Origin: Amoebidium appalachense
Lineage: Eukaryota; Protista; Ichthyosporea
Length of the DNA: 64,000 bases
Assembly: GCA_963693365.1 (NCBI GenBank)
Contig: CAVNZM010000006.1
Span: forward strand, 6,427,264 to 6,491,263
Direction of reading: 5' to 3'
Shown: positions 13,799 through 40,953 of the stretch, piece by piece
Layout of the letters: each line of letters starts with the position of its first letter
Numbering within the stretch: the first letter of the stretch is position 1
Made by a program: the position numbers and the translations under genes
The notes under the pieces: model-generated
The model's database searches: none
Told to the model about the DNA's origin: nothing
Seen by the model: the letters and a program-made list of their open reading frames with translations, nothing else

Positions 13799-14639
13799 GT
13801 GGTGTGTGTGTGCGTGTGCATGTGTGTGTGCATGTGCATGTGTGTGTGTGTGTGTGTGCGTGTGCGTGTGCATGTGCATGTGCATGTGTGTGTGTGTGTG
13901 TGTGTTCGGTGTGTTCGGTGTGTGCGTGTGTGTATGTGTGCCTGCACACGTATGCAGATGGATGTGGATGAGCATTTGTGTGTGTAACGTCGTGTGTGTG
14001 TGTGTGTTATCACACAACATGTACTATAAGGAGATTGTGAGAATATAGCTAAATTAACTTGAAAGCAAGAAAGTGAACGGAATTGGCGAGGGTTGGGTGT
14101 GCGGGTGGTGGTGTGGCTGGGTCACCGGACAGGATTTTGTAGTTGCAGTTTATTTGTGTTTGGAATCTGTCGTAACACGGTATTGTCAAAAAATGGACCC
14201 ATTGGCAAGTTGTCTTTTTGATTCGGCGGTTGGTTGCTAAGACAGCTGTACGATGTCAGATGATGTGTACAGTTTCAAAAAAACTATTATACATAATGCG
14301 GATAAGGCAAAGGCCCGCAGCAAGTTTGTTGATTAGCTCTGGTTCTAAAACACTAATATATGCACAACGGTTTAAGAAAATGAAGTCAAGTCTATTCTCA
14401 TGAAAACCATTGTGCCAGTCAACCCTAGGCTCCCCCCCTTCCCCCCCTCCCCAGATCTAGAAACATACCGTAGCACCTTACTGCTTAGGCTCTAATGCAC
14501 TCACGTGCAATGGTTTGTAACTGATACGTAGCAATGATCCCAGATGTGCCGCTCAGTTCTAGTGAGGCAGTTTATATGTGCTACCACGACAATTACAAGG
14601 TTATCTCGGCAAGAAATTGAATTGAAATGAATATTATGC

Positions 14640-16307
14640 CTATGCCTGATATCCCGGCTTGTTCTCAGGCAGCGTGCGCAGGAACCCGCGCCACTCAATC
14701 TCCTCCTGCTGGTGCGTAAGGTACTCTACGCCCTTTGACGTCGACGCCCGCAAAAGACGCTTTCCAGCGCGAATGCAGAACAGCTGCCCCTCGGTCCTCG
14801 GGAAAAGACAGTCGCGCACGTCGGTGTGGATAAACGGTGTCGCAATCACACCCAGCCAGATAATAACGGATATCCAGTAGTAGTTGATGTTGTACACTCT
14901 CAAGGAAGTCTTCCCGTATGTCGCCACCTGACTCTTGTAGATAGCGTTGAACGTCAGGCCGCCGACGACTCCAATCACGGACCAAGCGGTAAGGATGATT
15001 CCGTGAAGCGCGCCAATGTTCTTCGTTCCGAACTGGTCAGCGAGGAAGGCGGGGATAAGACCGAACCCACCACCGTAGAAGGAGGAGAGGAACCAAATAC
15101 ACACGACATAAGGCCAGAAGGCACCGTTCATAATCATGGTAGGGGCGCAAAGTACAATGACGGCCTGGAAGACCAACGACACCATAAACAGCGGCTTGCG
15201 GCCGAAAAAGTCCGATGTAGCACCCATCAGAACACGACCAGCCAGGTTGAAACCAGAGTTGACGGACACGACGGTAGAGGCGAGATCCGCATCCTTGCCG
15301 AACTGTTGCTGGCAAATGTCGGACAGTTTGGAGACGGTCAGTAGGCCAGCAATGGCGTTGGCCATGAGCATGCAATACATCAGGCGGTAGTCCCACGTGA
15401 ACATGGCCTCAATAAGCGTCATCTTAATCTCCGGCTCGTGTAGGAACTCATTATCCGCGTTGTTGTCGATATCCATAACGGCGCCAATGTGTGTCGTAGT
15501 GGTGGGGGCACCGGTCTTAGCGTCTGATTTCGACATGTCGGGCGAAGGCTTGGAAGGGCCACCGTGTCCGTGGGGGTCGAACTTATCCCCGAGTTTCGCT
15601 TTCATGGCAAGAACAAAGTCCTCTGGAGGTGTGCGGAGGACCAGCGTGCAGGCCATCATGAGCACGTAGTAAATGGACCCGAGGATGATGAACGTCAGTG
15701 GGACGCCCTTGCCGACGATAAGTGCGTTTTGCACCTTGGCGGCAATCATCGATCCACCTCCAAACCCGCAAACGGCCAGGCCGGACACAACCCCACGGTA
15801 GTCGGGGAACCACTTCTGCAGAGGGGAAACGGGGCTGATGTAGGACAGACCGAGGCCCATACCGCCAATGAAACCAAAGCCGATATACAGCAGAGGGAAG
15901 ATGCCCTTGTAGACGGCTAAAGCTGCGAGGAGGTTACCAGCGTAGTAGAGCGTGCTGGAGAGCATAAGAGCCTTACGCGGCCCCTCCCGTTCAAGCCAGG
16001 GGCCGAAAATCGCAGCAGAAGGGCCGAAGGTGCCGACAGCCACATAGAAGGTGTTTGAGGCCATGCCGAGGTAGTCGGCGGGTGTCTTGCCGTTGACCAT
16101 TGCAATGTGCTTCTCGATGGGGGTGTTGAAGACGGACCATGCATAGAGAGAACCGACGCACAGTTGCACGAGCACGGCGGCAGGGAGAAGCATCAGGCGG
16201 TGGAAGGGGACCAGACCGAGGAGTTTCCGCTCCTCCTCCTCCTGCGCCGGTGTCCTGCGCTGGGTGGTATCGGAGTAGTGCCACAGAAACCACGACTTGA
16301 GGCCCAT
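14640..16307 (-). CDS. Intronless MFS transporter, oxalate/formate antiporter (OFA)-like family, 555 aa
   Basis: About 12 hydrophobic segments. Motifs GSLYAWSVF, GMGLGLSYISPVSPLQKWFPDYRG, GLAVCGFGGGS, NLAGRVLMGATSDFFGRK and YGGGFGLIPAFLADQFG are typical of OFA-type MFS proteins. Confidence 0.95.
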   Translation of the reverse strand: MGLKSWFLWHYSDTTQRRTPAQEEEERKLLGLVPFHRLMLLPAAVLVQLCVGSLYAWSVFNTPIEKHIAMVNGKTPADYLGMASNTFYVAVGTFGPSAAIFGPWLEREGPRKALMLSSTLYYAGNLLAALAVYKGIFPLLYIGFGFIGGMGLGLSYISPVSPLQKWFPDYRGVVSGLAVCGFGGGSMIAAKVQNALIVGKGVPLTFIILGSIYYVLMMACTLVLRTPPEDFVLAMKAKLGDKFDPHGHGGPSKPSPDMSKSDAKTGAPTTTTHIGAVMDIDNNADNEFLHEPEIKMTLIEAMFTWDYRLMYCMLMANAIAGLLTVSKLSDICQQQFGKDADLASTVVSVNSGFNLAGRVLMGATSDFFGRKPLFMVSLVFQAVIVLCAPTMIMNGAFWPYVVCIWFLSSFYGGGFGLIPAFLADQFGTKNIGALHGIILTAWSVIGVVGGLTFNAIYKSQVATYGKTSLRVYNINYYWISVIIWLGVIATPFIHTDVRDCLFPRTEGQLFCIRAGKRLLRASTSKGVEYLTHQQEEIEWRGFLRTLPENKPGYQA

Positions 16308-16415
16308 TTTGTTGGTTGTTTATGAGGTGTTGCAATCGTGCCGTGGCGTGAAGATCGAGAGAGGCCGACTCAGCTCGTATGCCGGATTCTGAGTTTATGT
16401 GAACTTTAGGGCTCG

Positions 16416-16496
16416 TTTTTATAGCTTTTTGGAGCCTCCGATATTGCCTGCGTCAACCAATAAGAATGTGAGGCATTGGAACCAATTTCCGATTGG
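16416..16496 (-). promoter_or_regulatory. Putative TATA and CCAAT boxes of the MFS gene
   Basis: TATAAAAA (16416-16423) and CCAAT (16475-16479, 16492-16496) on the minus strand upstream of the ATG. Confidence 0.45.
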
Positions 16497-18619
16497 CTGA
16501 GCTAACGAAGTGCAAAAGCCGCATTCGAATCAGGGTATGAAACTCCTTTTTGGAAAGTGCCACTTTAGCAACTTTTCCGTTGCCCGAATGTGCCTAATAG
16601 AGCCACCAAACGTTTTTACGGGGTTTTCTTTTATATTTTGACTGTACTGAAGCCTTTGATTATGAAAATGTTGGGCCTAACATCAAATTTTTTCGGTGTT
16701 TCAGGAATAATGCTGTGGCCATAACCCGCCAAATTTCACAGCCTGATTCGAATTCGCTATCATGGCATCAGCCAAAATTTCTGGCAAGAATGAAATGTAG
16801 GTAAGTCTAATGTAATTAGAGAACCTCAACACTGTTAGTTTGTGTTGTTTGTAAGTAGCACAATGTGCAGCACAAAATTACTGGTGAGCAATCAGCCATG
16901 GTTGACGCGTCCGTGATAAGGCTGATAATGCTTGCCAACGAAAAGCATTCATTCTAAAAATAAATATCGAATTCTCTGTCATCAATATTGTTGACGATTC
17001 GATTCAAGTGGCCTGTAATGAGTACCGAATGGCGAGCGTGTTACATTATGTATATTATGCCACAAAAAAGAATTCCCCCCCCCCCCCCCCCCCCCCCCCC
17101 CCCTTCATATAATCAATATCAGTATATGTTTATTGTGTTCCACGCAACATGATATCCACAATTATGTGATTGTTTTCTGGCGTGCGTGCACCAATTCCAT
17201 TCGAAACATCTAGAAATTCAATTCATATACTCGTCCAATCATTCTATCAACATATCGCCCAGATTTCCCTCCCATTGGTGATTGTGGAATGTAAACACTA
17301 GCGGGGCTCGCATGATTGGGTTGCAGCACACTCCGAGGCTCCTTCCTTCGGCCTCTTTCCATGGCCAAGCTGGGGCCTGGCCCCACGAAAGGGCCGGGAA
17401 ACACCAATGTTTGAAAGTTATCATGTAGGTACGGACCTACGTGACATACATGCAGAACCATGTATCAGCAGACCCAAAGTCCGTGATATGATACGGTGTG
17501 GCGTGTCCAGCTAGCGCTGCACGAGTTGGCCATGCATATGTATACGTATGTACCTATGTGTGTTCCAACTTCGAAAACTAGAAGTTCTAGAAGAATGGAA
17601 AGAGAAGAAGAGAGAGGGGAGGGGGGGGGGGGAGGTTTGGAGGTGCAATAATGTAGAGATGTTTCTTCTTGCAAAGAGAATTCACGAATTGCGGTATGAT
17701 GGCTCAAGCACTTTAGACGTAGCACGCACCATGGGCATTTCCGTGTACATGTCTGCTTGTTTACGTACGTGGCTTTCTTATTATTATCAAAAACAAGGGG
17801 CTTTTTTTGCCTCTGTAAAAAAAGCCCTAACAGAGGCAAAAAAAGCCCTACAAAACGAATGTATCACCGGTACTTATTCAAAATGGAGCCGTGCACATGC
17901 GCAGGCGGAGCGGAACTACTAGTGACTGCAGCTGCATATAGTTAGTAATACATCATTATCTCATGATCATTCTTCTGTTTCTTTAATGACATTCATGTCA
18001 GCCGTTATTTACTACACACCTTCGACAATATTTTATTAATACACTTCGCCTAATTCTGAGCTGATAAGAAAACACTGCCATGATGCCACAAGATATGCAT
18101 AAGCGCTGCGCGCCGGGCTCCTACGTGCGCGCAACGACATATTTGGGCTGAGCATTGGCTTTGTTACTATCATGATCAATCAACTCAATCACCAGCTGAC
18201 TTGCATGCTATATAGTTGCAACTTGTGTCTGCAGGTGTGTATCTCGTGGGTCAGGTGCTCACGGTGGTGTTCTCACCCACTGCCGTGCAAATCCTATGCA
18301 TGCAGGCCTGTATTCGGAGCAATCCCATTCGGACTTACGCGTCGGGTCGACTGTGGCCGCGGTTGTGATCACAGGGAATCATAAGTATTATTAGAGTGCC
18401 TGCATAGTGCAAGTATCATCATGCACATTATATATATATGTAGGTCCGGGATACTATTGTACTTGCATATGCACCGGTTATAGCATTACAGTATAATAAC
18501 CAGTGCGACTACGCCAAAGTTTTACACTGAAGAGGGTGCTTACTACTGCTGTGTGTAACTGCACTACGTATTTAACTATGTATATAGCTGCCTATTGTGG
18601 TCACATCCTTGAATTAATA

Positions 18620-18666
<47 letters not shown>

Positions 18667-19112
18667 ACAAAAAAAACAAAACAAAAAAAACAAAAACACC
18701 ACTACCACCACTACCACCACAACCACCACGACCACCACGACCACCACGACCACCACGACCAACACCGACCCATCCCCCCTGACTCCCCCCCTCCCCCCCT
18801 CCGACCCCCCCCCCCCCCCCTCCCTTCTCCCCCCCCCCCCCCTTCCCCCCCCCCCCCCCCCCCCGCCATGACCCCTCCCTTCCCACACGGTTTTTTCTCT
18901 TTAGCCCGCTGTTCCATTTTATTATCAATTTGTAACATCTTCTGACCCACTTACTATGTTAAACGCCTATCCGACTTCCTATTGGGTCGGTAAAAGAATG
19001 GCTTGCGGGAGGATTTTATTATCACAAAGTTCTGTGACAGGCTGGCAGGCTACTGTACCCGTGACAGGATCGCATGAGCCTGAGAAGCCTTGATGATTCG
19101 GCGTCATGCAAT

Positions 19113-19151
<39 letters not shown>

Positions 19152-19215
19152 AAAAAAAAAAAAAACAAAAAAACAAAAAAAAACCACACACACGCACGTG
19201 ACACACACACACACA

Positions 19216-19253
<38 letters not shown>

Positions 19254-19265
19254 GTGACACACGTG

Positions 19266-19303
<38 letters not shown>

Positions 19304-19323
19304 GTGACACACTGGCACACCGT

Positions 19324-19356
<33 letters not shown>

Positions 19357-19670
19357 CACAAACAAAAAAAAACAAAACAAAAAAAAACAAAAAAAAAACA
19401 AGATAAATGAAATAAACAAATAAATAACCGGGAAAACATTATTGATACGAAAAAATATAGGAAGAAAGAAGGCCTTGATGATCTCGGGATAATCCAAGTG
19501 AATAATGGTGGTTAGGAAGAAAGACATATCCATATCATGATCAGACTGCACGAAGCCTCCCCCCCCCCCCCCCCCTCCTCCCCCTTCCCTACACACACAC
19601 AGGCACACACAGAGACACAAACAGTCTGAGACACACACGCGCGAGCGCGTGCACGCACGCACGCACGCAC

Positions 19671-19762
<92 letters not shown>

Positions 19763-20951
19763 TGCACACACACACACACACACATCTTTTTAACACATAC
19801 ACCATAACACACACACGGCTCCATTGGACAACTTCAGGAAAGATTACTAATTACATTTTGAACACATTGCATCTTATTGGGGGGCCACGGAGTTTCAGCG
19901 TGTATGGGCGGAACGAGAGAAAGGAATGCCTTAGGTTGGGCAAGAAAGACCGGGGTGGGCTGGGTGGGGTGGAGGGGGGGAAGGATTTCAAAGGGTACAT
20001 AGTACTGGAGAGGAGCGGGGAAGGTTAGGGGGAGGGGTGGGGGGAAGGAGGAGAGGGCAGCAGAGGGAGTAGTTTCCCCCGGGGGGGGGGGGGGGGGGGG
20101 GGGGGTCGTGAGGGTACAGCCCCTACATGATATCAGCGGCTGCATTCATTTTTGCTGGCAATGTAATGGTACATTTGATATATATACTTGGGGTGAACCA
20201 AACAGAACCGTTGAGTCTGGCCTGCACATGCATTCGGCTATCAGTATCACCTACATCTTTATTTTAAAATTTATTCCGTTTTGTTTACGGAGGGACCCCC
20301 CCCTTGGGGCCCTCGTAGGAACTACCGTCTTCCACACCGTGCGGCACCGACTGTACCCTAAATTTGGTGCTAAAGGTGCATTCAACTCAGCTAACACACC
20401 GTCACCAATCCTAACTATTAGTACATGCTTAGCCCAGGGTTTGCACTCCAGCCTCGCCGGGGGGAACATATTTTCATCACCTACAGCTGCAATGTGCACG
20501 TGACTCGAAGCGGTTCAATGATTCTTGCTTTCACCGGGGAATGATTCTAGAGAGCTAATCGGTGTCAAAATGCGATGCACGCATGCACACTTAGAATTAT
20601 GCCGTTATTACTGTATGACGGCACGGTGTTGAGATCCCAAGTTGGAGTGCATTCACACTGACAAACACACACATGGCTAGCCCTGTAATACTGCAGTAAA
20701 TTAAATTGAATTAAATTTATATATCATCTTTGCCCGAATTGTTCAGAACTTGTCAGTCACTCAGCAACGAATGAATCGCTCGGAATAAATTATCTTCATT
20801 ACCCCCCCCCCCCCCCCCCCCCCCTCCCCCCCCCTTCTTTTATTATTTCTTATTTTTCTTGTTTTTAGTTCCTTGTTCCATAATGTCATATTTAAAGTTT
20901 TTAAGTTACCGTGTGTGCGCGCATGTGACGGTGTATGTGTGTGTGCGTGAC

Positions 20952-21005
<54 letters not shown>

Positions 21006-21211
21006 CGTGTGTGTGTGTGTGTGTGTGCGCGCGCGCGCGCGCGCGCGCGCACACGTGGTTTTGTGAGTGTGTGTGTTTGTGTGCGTATATGTGTGCGCCC
21101 GCGTGTGCGTGTGTGTGTGTTCTTGCCGCACGGCGTGCGTTTGCACATGTGCGTGTGTACGCACATTGCGTGCGTCACATGTGTGCGTGCGTGCGTGTGT
21201 GTATACCACGC

Positions 21212-21285
<74 letters not shown>

Positions 21286-21289
21286 TGTC

Positions 21290-21320
<31 letters not shown>

Positions 21321-21332
21321 GTGTGTGTATGT

Positions 21333-21375
<43 letters not shown>

Positions 21376-22596
21376 CGTGTGTGTATGTGTGTGCGCGCGC
21401 GAGCGGGCTGTGTGTGTGTTTGTGTGTGCGTTTACTGTGTGTTTGTGTGTGCGTTTACTGATGTAAACACCCAAGCCGCTTTCTGCGTGAGTTTGAGTAA
21501 GAGTGTGAATGTGTGTGTGTGTGTGTGTTTGTGTGTGTGTATGTACGCGCGCGCGTGTGTTTTGAGGGTGGGTTGGGCGTGAGGGGAAGGGGAGGAGAGG
21601 TGAACTGTGTGGGGTGGGGGGGCAGGGGAAGGGGAGGGGGGGGGGGGAAAGGGGGGAGTAGGGAGGGAGGGGGGAGAGGGTGCCGGATGTTGCGATTTGA
21701 GTGGAGAGGAAACGGAAATATGTGAAAGGGGAAGGTAAAGGGGGGGGAATGGTCCCCGAATGGACCGAAGGGAGAGAGAGGGGAGTGAAGGGCAGGGCCT
21801 AAAGGGACCGTCACTCCTGAGCGGGTCTCAGTCTGAGTCTGAGTCTGAGTTACAAATGTGCCTTGCACATGAGGTCTTGCTTTAAAGATGGGTCACAGGT
21901 TGAGAACACGGCATCTCGAAAGTTCAAGATGGCCGTGGTTGAGATGTACCCGACACTCTATTAAGAGCACATAGCACACAGACCACCACAGAGCTCGAGA
22001 ACCCACCAGCTGTGACCACCTCTACACACTAAACACAAGGCTGGGAGGCCCCCGGGGCGCCAGACACAGCGAGAGTCTGATCTCACTGAGCTAATATTAG
22101 CTGCGCGCAACTAATTGACGGTGCGTGGATGGGGCCCTGAAACATGTGGGATCATTTCACTTTATTGGCCGCACTCTCCGGCCAATCCCAACATGTGCCC
22201 CATATGCATGACAAGTACATCATAAAACAGATGCGACACACCCCTTATTAGTGTTAACTACTACCCGACCACAGCCGCCAAAGCCACAGACCTTACAGAC
22301 AACATATCCGAGACGACGAGGGAAAAAAAAAGGGGGGGGGGGGGGGAACAGAAAAATAAAAATAAGAATAAAAACCCAATCAATCAGGGTGTGAGGGTGG
22401 TCCCTTGTGTGACTTGTCGTCACGGTGGAGGGCGCCGCTCTCATCTGAGTTGTAGCCTGATTTGGTAGATAAATGGTGCTTGGACTTTCAATCAGATACG
22501 TCGAAAGGTGGTGCAGCGTGCACCAGCGGGGGGCCGTGTCACGGCCCTCTGACAAAGAGGGCCGTGGCCGCGTGCATCCGCCTGCCAGAGAAGGCC

Positions 22597-22627
<31 letters not shown>

Positions 22628-22964
22628 AAGAAAGAAATGAAAAAGGCAGGGTGGCGAACGTGCGCAGATGTGTTGTAGACTATGGTTGTGATGAAAGGTC
22701 TTGTTGTGATCAAATTGAACGGTTCAGTGCGGGTTGTACACTAAATCCCTGGGATGTTTCAGATACAATTGTGATACCTCAATAGCTCACAGTGCTGGTA
22801 AAAGGAACAAGGGGGAGTGAAGCCTCTCGTGATTCGGATTTTGAAAAGACAAAAACGGCTACTGATTACGCACACGCACCCGCGTACGCGCGCACGCGCA
22901 CACTCATACACATACACACACCCTCTGACACACACACGGCCAAATACCTACAACGACCGTAGGC

Positions 22965-36462
<13,498 letters not shown>

Positions 36463-37543
36463 TATGGTAATCCGATTAGCGAAAAATGGCAATCCGATTT
36501 GCGCTGCTGGTTTTATTTTCATTATTCGTTTGGCATCACAGGTTTCATGGAGGTAACTATAGTAGATTATTTGACAATGGTTCTTTTTCTCAGCAATGTT
36601 TTTTTGCAGTTTTATTTTTTTCCTTCTTTGTCTTTTTGTTCTCGTTTCTAGCCAATCCTTGCCTGCCTTTCTTACGTCACCCACATGCTGCTCGCAAGCA
36701 CGTACGCGCGCGCACACACCCACCCACCCACCCACCCAACCGCACCCATACCCACACACACACAACCCCCCCCCCCCCCCCCCCCCCGGACACATACCCA
36801 TACACACACACGTACTCACACACATGTACACACACGTGTGCTCAGACACGTGCTCACACGCACGCACACACGCACACATACGCACACATGCGCGCACACA
36901 CACCCCAGGAGAACGCGTATGTACGACACACAGTGATGTTATACCCGCTTTTCTTTTTTTACGTTCTAAAAAAACAGTTGAGTACTAATATTGGATCACT
37001 GCATGAATGTGGCGGAGTTCCCGAATTAGCGGGTGGTTTTTTTATATTGTCTTTTTCATCCCAAATGCAGCCATGTTGGAAACAGTAATTTGGGAACGCA
37101 CACAGTTGGAAAATCGCTGTAATCTTTGCATACGGGATATCCATTACACTGTTTGTTCCCCGAGATTTTTCATTTTTTCTGTATACAACATCTGGTCCTA
37201 CCTACTTTTCTTTTGGCGCGGGTCAGAGCTTGTTATACGTCCATGCATAATAAGGCGTCATGTGACCCCATCTCACTGATATAATGTAAAAATGTAAATA
37301 TGCTCAAAATTTCATCTCATTCCTCGTGCATCACATGTAATGTGGTCTATAGCGACAAAAAAAATTAGTAGCAGCAAGCAGGCTTGCCCTGGCCAAAACA
37401 AAAACAAAAACAAAAACAAAAAAAAAAGAAAAAAAAAAAAAATCCAAAGCGGCCTGAGTCATTATGTATTTGAGTGTGTGCATGCGCGCGCGCGTGTGTA
37501 TGTGTGTGGTATGTTTTTTTTCTTTTCTTTTCCTTTTTCTTTT

Positions 37544-37595
<52 letters not shown>

Positions 37596-38297
37596 CCTGC
37601 TCGTTGTGTGTGTCTCGACACGGTCTGTGAAGGATGCATGCATTTGGTGTATGTGCTGATAAGAGTTCATGTGTGTGTGTGTGTGGCGGGTGGGGGGGGG
37701 GGGGGGAGGGGGGGGAGGGGGGGCAGGAGGAGGAGGGGGGTGGGGGGGGTGGGGGGGGTTCAGATAGCTGGTTCAGATACCACTTGGTATGCAGTAAAAA
37801 CCTGGGAAATAGCCGCAGGGGATTTTTTATCGCAAGAAGGCAGCGGAGAGTCTCTACGGAGAGGGGGAGCCCCCCATCCCACACACACACAAAAAAAAAA
37901 AAAGAAAAAAAAAAAGAAAGAAAAAAAATAAAAGAAATAAAGAAACGAAAAGAAAAAAAAGCCTCTTGGATCACCACCACCTTTTTTTCAAAAGGATCTT
38001 CCAGCCCACTTGAACAACATCCCCCCCCCCCCCCCCCCCCCCCCCTTCCCCCATATCTATACCTCTCCCCGTCCCCCCCTCCTCCTTACTCTTTGGGGGA
38101 TTTCTAAACCTCACAACTCGTCCTTCTAACCCTTTGGAACCCCTTTACGTGGCCACCAAGCCATTCACATAAATTTATAACTTGGGCACTTCCGCAGGGT
38201 GTCTCTTGTTTATGGGTCTTGTGGATGCGCATGTTCAATGGTCTTCGAATCTATTATGCAACACTGTCAGTTTACAGTAAGTTTCCATACTGACATA

Positions 38298-38342
<45 letters not shown>

Positions 38343-38953
38343 ACCCCACCACCACCACCACCACCACCACCACCACCACCACCACCACCACACAAAAAAA
38401 AGGAGAAGAAAAAGACCGAAAGAAAGAAAGAAAGAAAGAAAGAAAGAAGAAAAAGAAAGAAAGAAAGAATTTCAAAGAAAGAAAACAAAACACCCGCCTC
38501 CGGCCTGCACACCAACACCACCACCCGTGAGTGTTACCGTCGCGAATTTTGTTGACGCCTGTGAACACCAACCACACCCAGCTCTAAGGCTTCCTTGTGA
38601 TTTTTTGCTTGTTCTGAATTTTTATTGCTGTTCACGTGATGCCTGGTGACGGTGGCGTGTATGTGTAGGCCAGGAAGAGGTTGCTTACTCAGCAAACCTA
38701 TAAATATTGATTTTGCATTACAAAGCTCGTGATGCATGGCCACGGTGGCGGGTATGTGTGGGGATAATGAGGGCAAGGGGGATAATTATTATAAGTTCAG
38801 AGAATAGTTCTGGTTTGCTCAGATAGCACGAAGGACACGGTGTAAATGTGCATGTGCAGATAAAGATGCATAAATACATAGGTGGGGCGTTGGAACATTT
38901 GATGTAGGGCGAAACAAGGAGGTAGTGTCTGTGCGATGTGCGTGTGTCTAGAC

Positions 38954-38986
<33 letters not shown>

Positions 38987-39956
38987 TTCTGATGAGGGGG
39001 GGGGGGATTCGGAAGGAGGGAGTGGGCGGGGCTAGTGCCGCAGGGGGGGAGGGGGGGGGGGGGGGGGAGCCTCGGGAGGGGGGGGGGGGGGGGGGGGTGA
39101 CCGTCGTAGAAATATACTGTGCAACTAAAAGAAACTTTCCAATTTTAGATGATTTGGGAGGTTTCACAGGCTTTCCTAATATGCCACCATCATCTGCAGA
39201 TGGTGTTTTATGCAGATGGTGTTTCCGGATTGAAAAAACGGGACTGGGGGGGGGGGGGGGGGGGGGGGGGGGGAGGGGGGGGGAGGAAGGGGAGGGGGGT
39301 TTACGACTTTGGTCGAGCAATAGGGTTTGTATTTCGACATGGTGACCATTTCAGCAACCGCTATGGATGACCTCTACGTTGTACACGTACTTTACCCCAA
39401 TTGCAGCAACCACCACGTGGCTGACTGCATTTGTGAGGGCGGTCACCCAACTGGTGGCTGTGTGATGAGGTAGCGGTGAAAGCGGTCAAGCAGTGGCCGT
39501 GATTGTGGGTTGGTTGGTGAGATCCGAGTATACATACTCATCACACTGTGTCGATCTTGGCTTCGCGTTTGAGGCGCACCTTGAGTCAACACCTAATCCA
39601 GAAAAACAACGTTGCAGCAGGTACTGAGCAACGAGGAACAGCCGGCCCCATATAGTTTACTAATACTCACATAAGTGACTTTCAATAGTATGATCCAAAT
39701 CATTCAATTGTATCCTGACATTCAAGTTTTCTTCCACCCAATTTCCCCCATTTCCCCCCGGACCCCCCGGCCCCCCGGACCACCAGCAACAATTTCAAAA
39801 GTTCTCTGTGCACAGCAATTGAACCCCGTGACTTGAAGTTGAAACAGGGTCCCGTGTCCCCCCCCCCCCCCCCCCCTCCCCCCCCCCCCCCTCCCCCTCC
39901 GCCCCAACCTCCAAACCTACCCCTCTTCCCCCCTTTTCCCTCTCTCTCCCCCCCTC

Positions 39957-39992
<36 letters not shown>

Positions 39993-40117
39993 ACCCACCC
40001 ACCCACCCACCCACCACCACCACCACCACCACCACCACCACCACCACCCTTTGGGGCATTTCTAGACCAAAAAATCGCCCATTTAAACCTTAGGAATCCC
40101 TTTACGTGGCCACCAAG

Positions 40118-40431
40118 CAGGGGTGTGGCGACTTGACTTCAAGTCGCGACTTGAAGTCACCAAGCTCCTGACTTCAACCAAGTCAAGTCAAGCCATGAGG
40201 CCGGACATAGGAGTGACTTAATGGGGGGAGGGGGGCTTAGGGCGGGGAAGCATAGGAGGGTGGGTGAAAAGGGGGGGCGCAATGCCCGCCCGTGGCCCAG
40301 CTGGCTTGGAGAAGTTACTATAAATAGTACCCCTCCAAGTCGCGACTCGTAAGTCAAGTCAATTCATCAACTTCCGCAAACAATTATAAATATAAGTCAA
40401 GTCAAGTCGCTGAGGCTCTGCCACACCCCTG
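40118..40431. mobile_element. hAT-type non-autonomous DNA transposon (MITE), 314 bp
   Basis: Perfect 12-bp TIRs CAGGGGTGTGGC / GCCACACCCCTG; 8-bp TSD CCACCAAG (40110-40117, 40432-40439); subterminal AAGTC/GACTT repeats; the empty site is visible in sister units (e.g. 38152). Confidence 0.92.
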
Positions 40432-40918
40432 CCACCAAGTTCATCACACAGTTTTGTGATTGGTGCACTTCCACACAATCCCACTTGTGCTTTCAAGCAC
40501 ATCCTGCTGCTGTTGTGTCACCATGCAGTATACATTTCCATGCAGCCATAACTCCCCTCCTCCTCCCCTGCCTCCCCCCCCCCCTCCCCCCTCGCAACTC
40601 CGCTCCCCCCCCCCCCCCTCCCCCCTCCCCCTTTTATTCGTGCACACCTATTAATTATCGATGATTGGTTTTGCAGTACACGTGATGTATGGCTATCGGA
40701 GGTGACGGGTATGTGTAAAGAGGATGAGGGAATATTGAGGCGTTTTAGGGAGCAGTTTTGGTTTCCAAGCACGGGGGACCCAGCGCAAATTTACGGGTGC
40801 ATGGACGTGCAGAATGCACACCAATACGTCGGCAAAGAGAACGGTTGGTGCGGTGTGGGAGAACGAGGCAGTGTCTGCATGCAATGGGTGTTTAACTGTT
40901 GAGGGGGGGGAGAGGGGG

Positions 40919-40953
<35 letters not shown>

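Noticed and set aside
39363-39473. Plus-strand Cys-rich micro-ORF or selenoprotein (CSNHHVAECICVGGHPTGGCV..TGA)
   Set aside because: Frame from the ATG is broken in most copies by indels and stops; no SECIS recognised
39460-39505. Hammerhead ribozyme in the array core (TGATGAG...GAAA)
   Set aside because: Core is GUGAUGA rather than CUGAUGA, stem II does not pair in most copies, and there is no correctly placed UH cleavage site
39543-39551. RSS/Transib-like heptamer CACTGTG near array cores
   Set aside because: No nonamer or paired TIR; the motif is expected by chance in CA/GT-rich DNA
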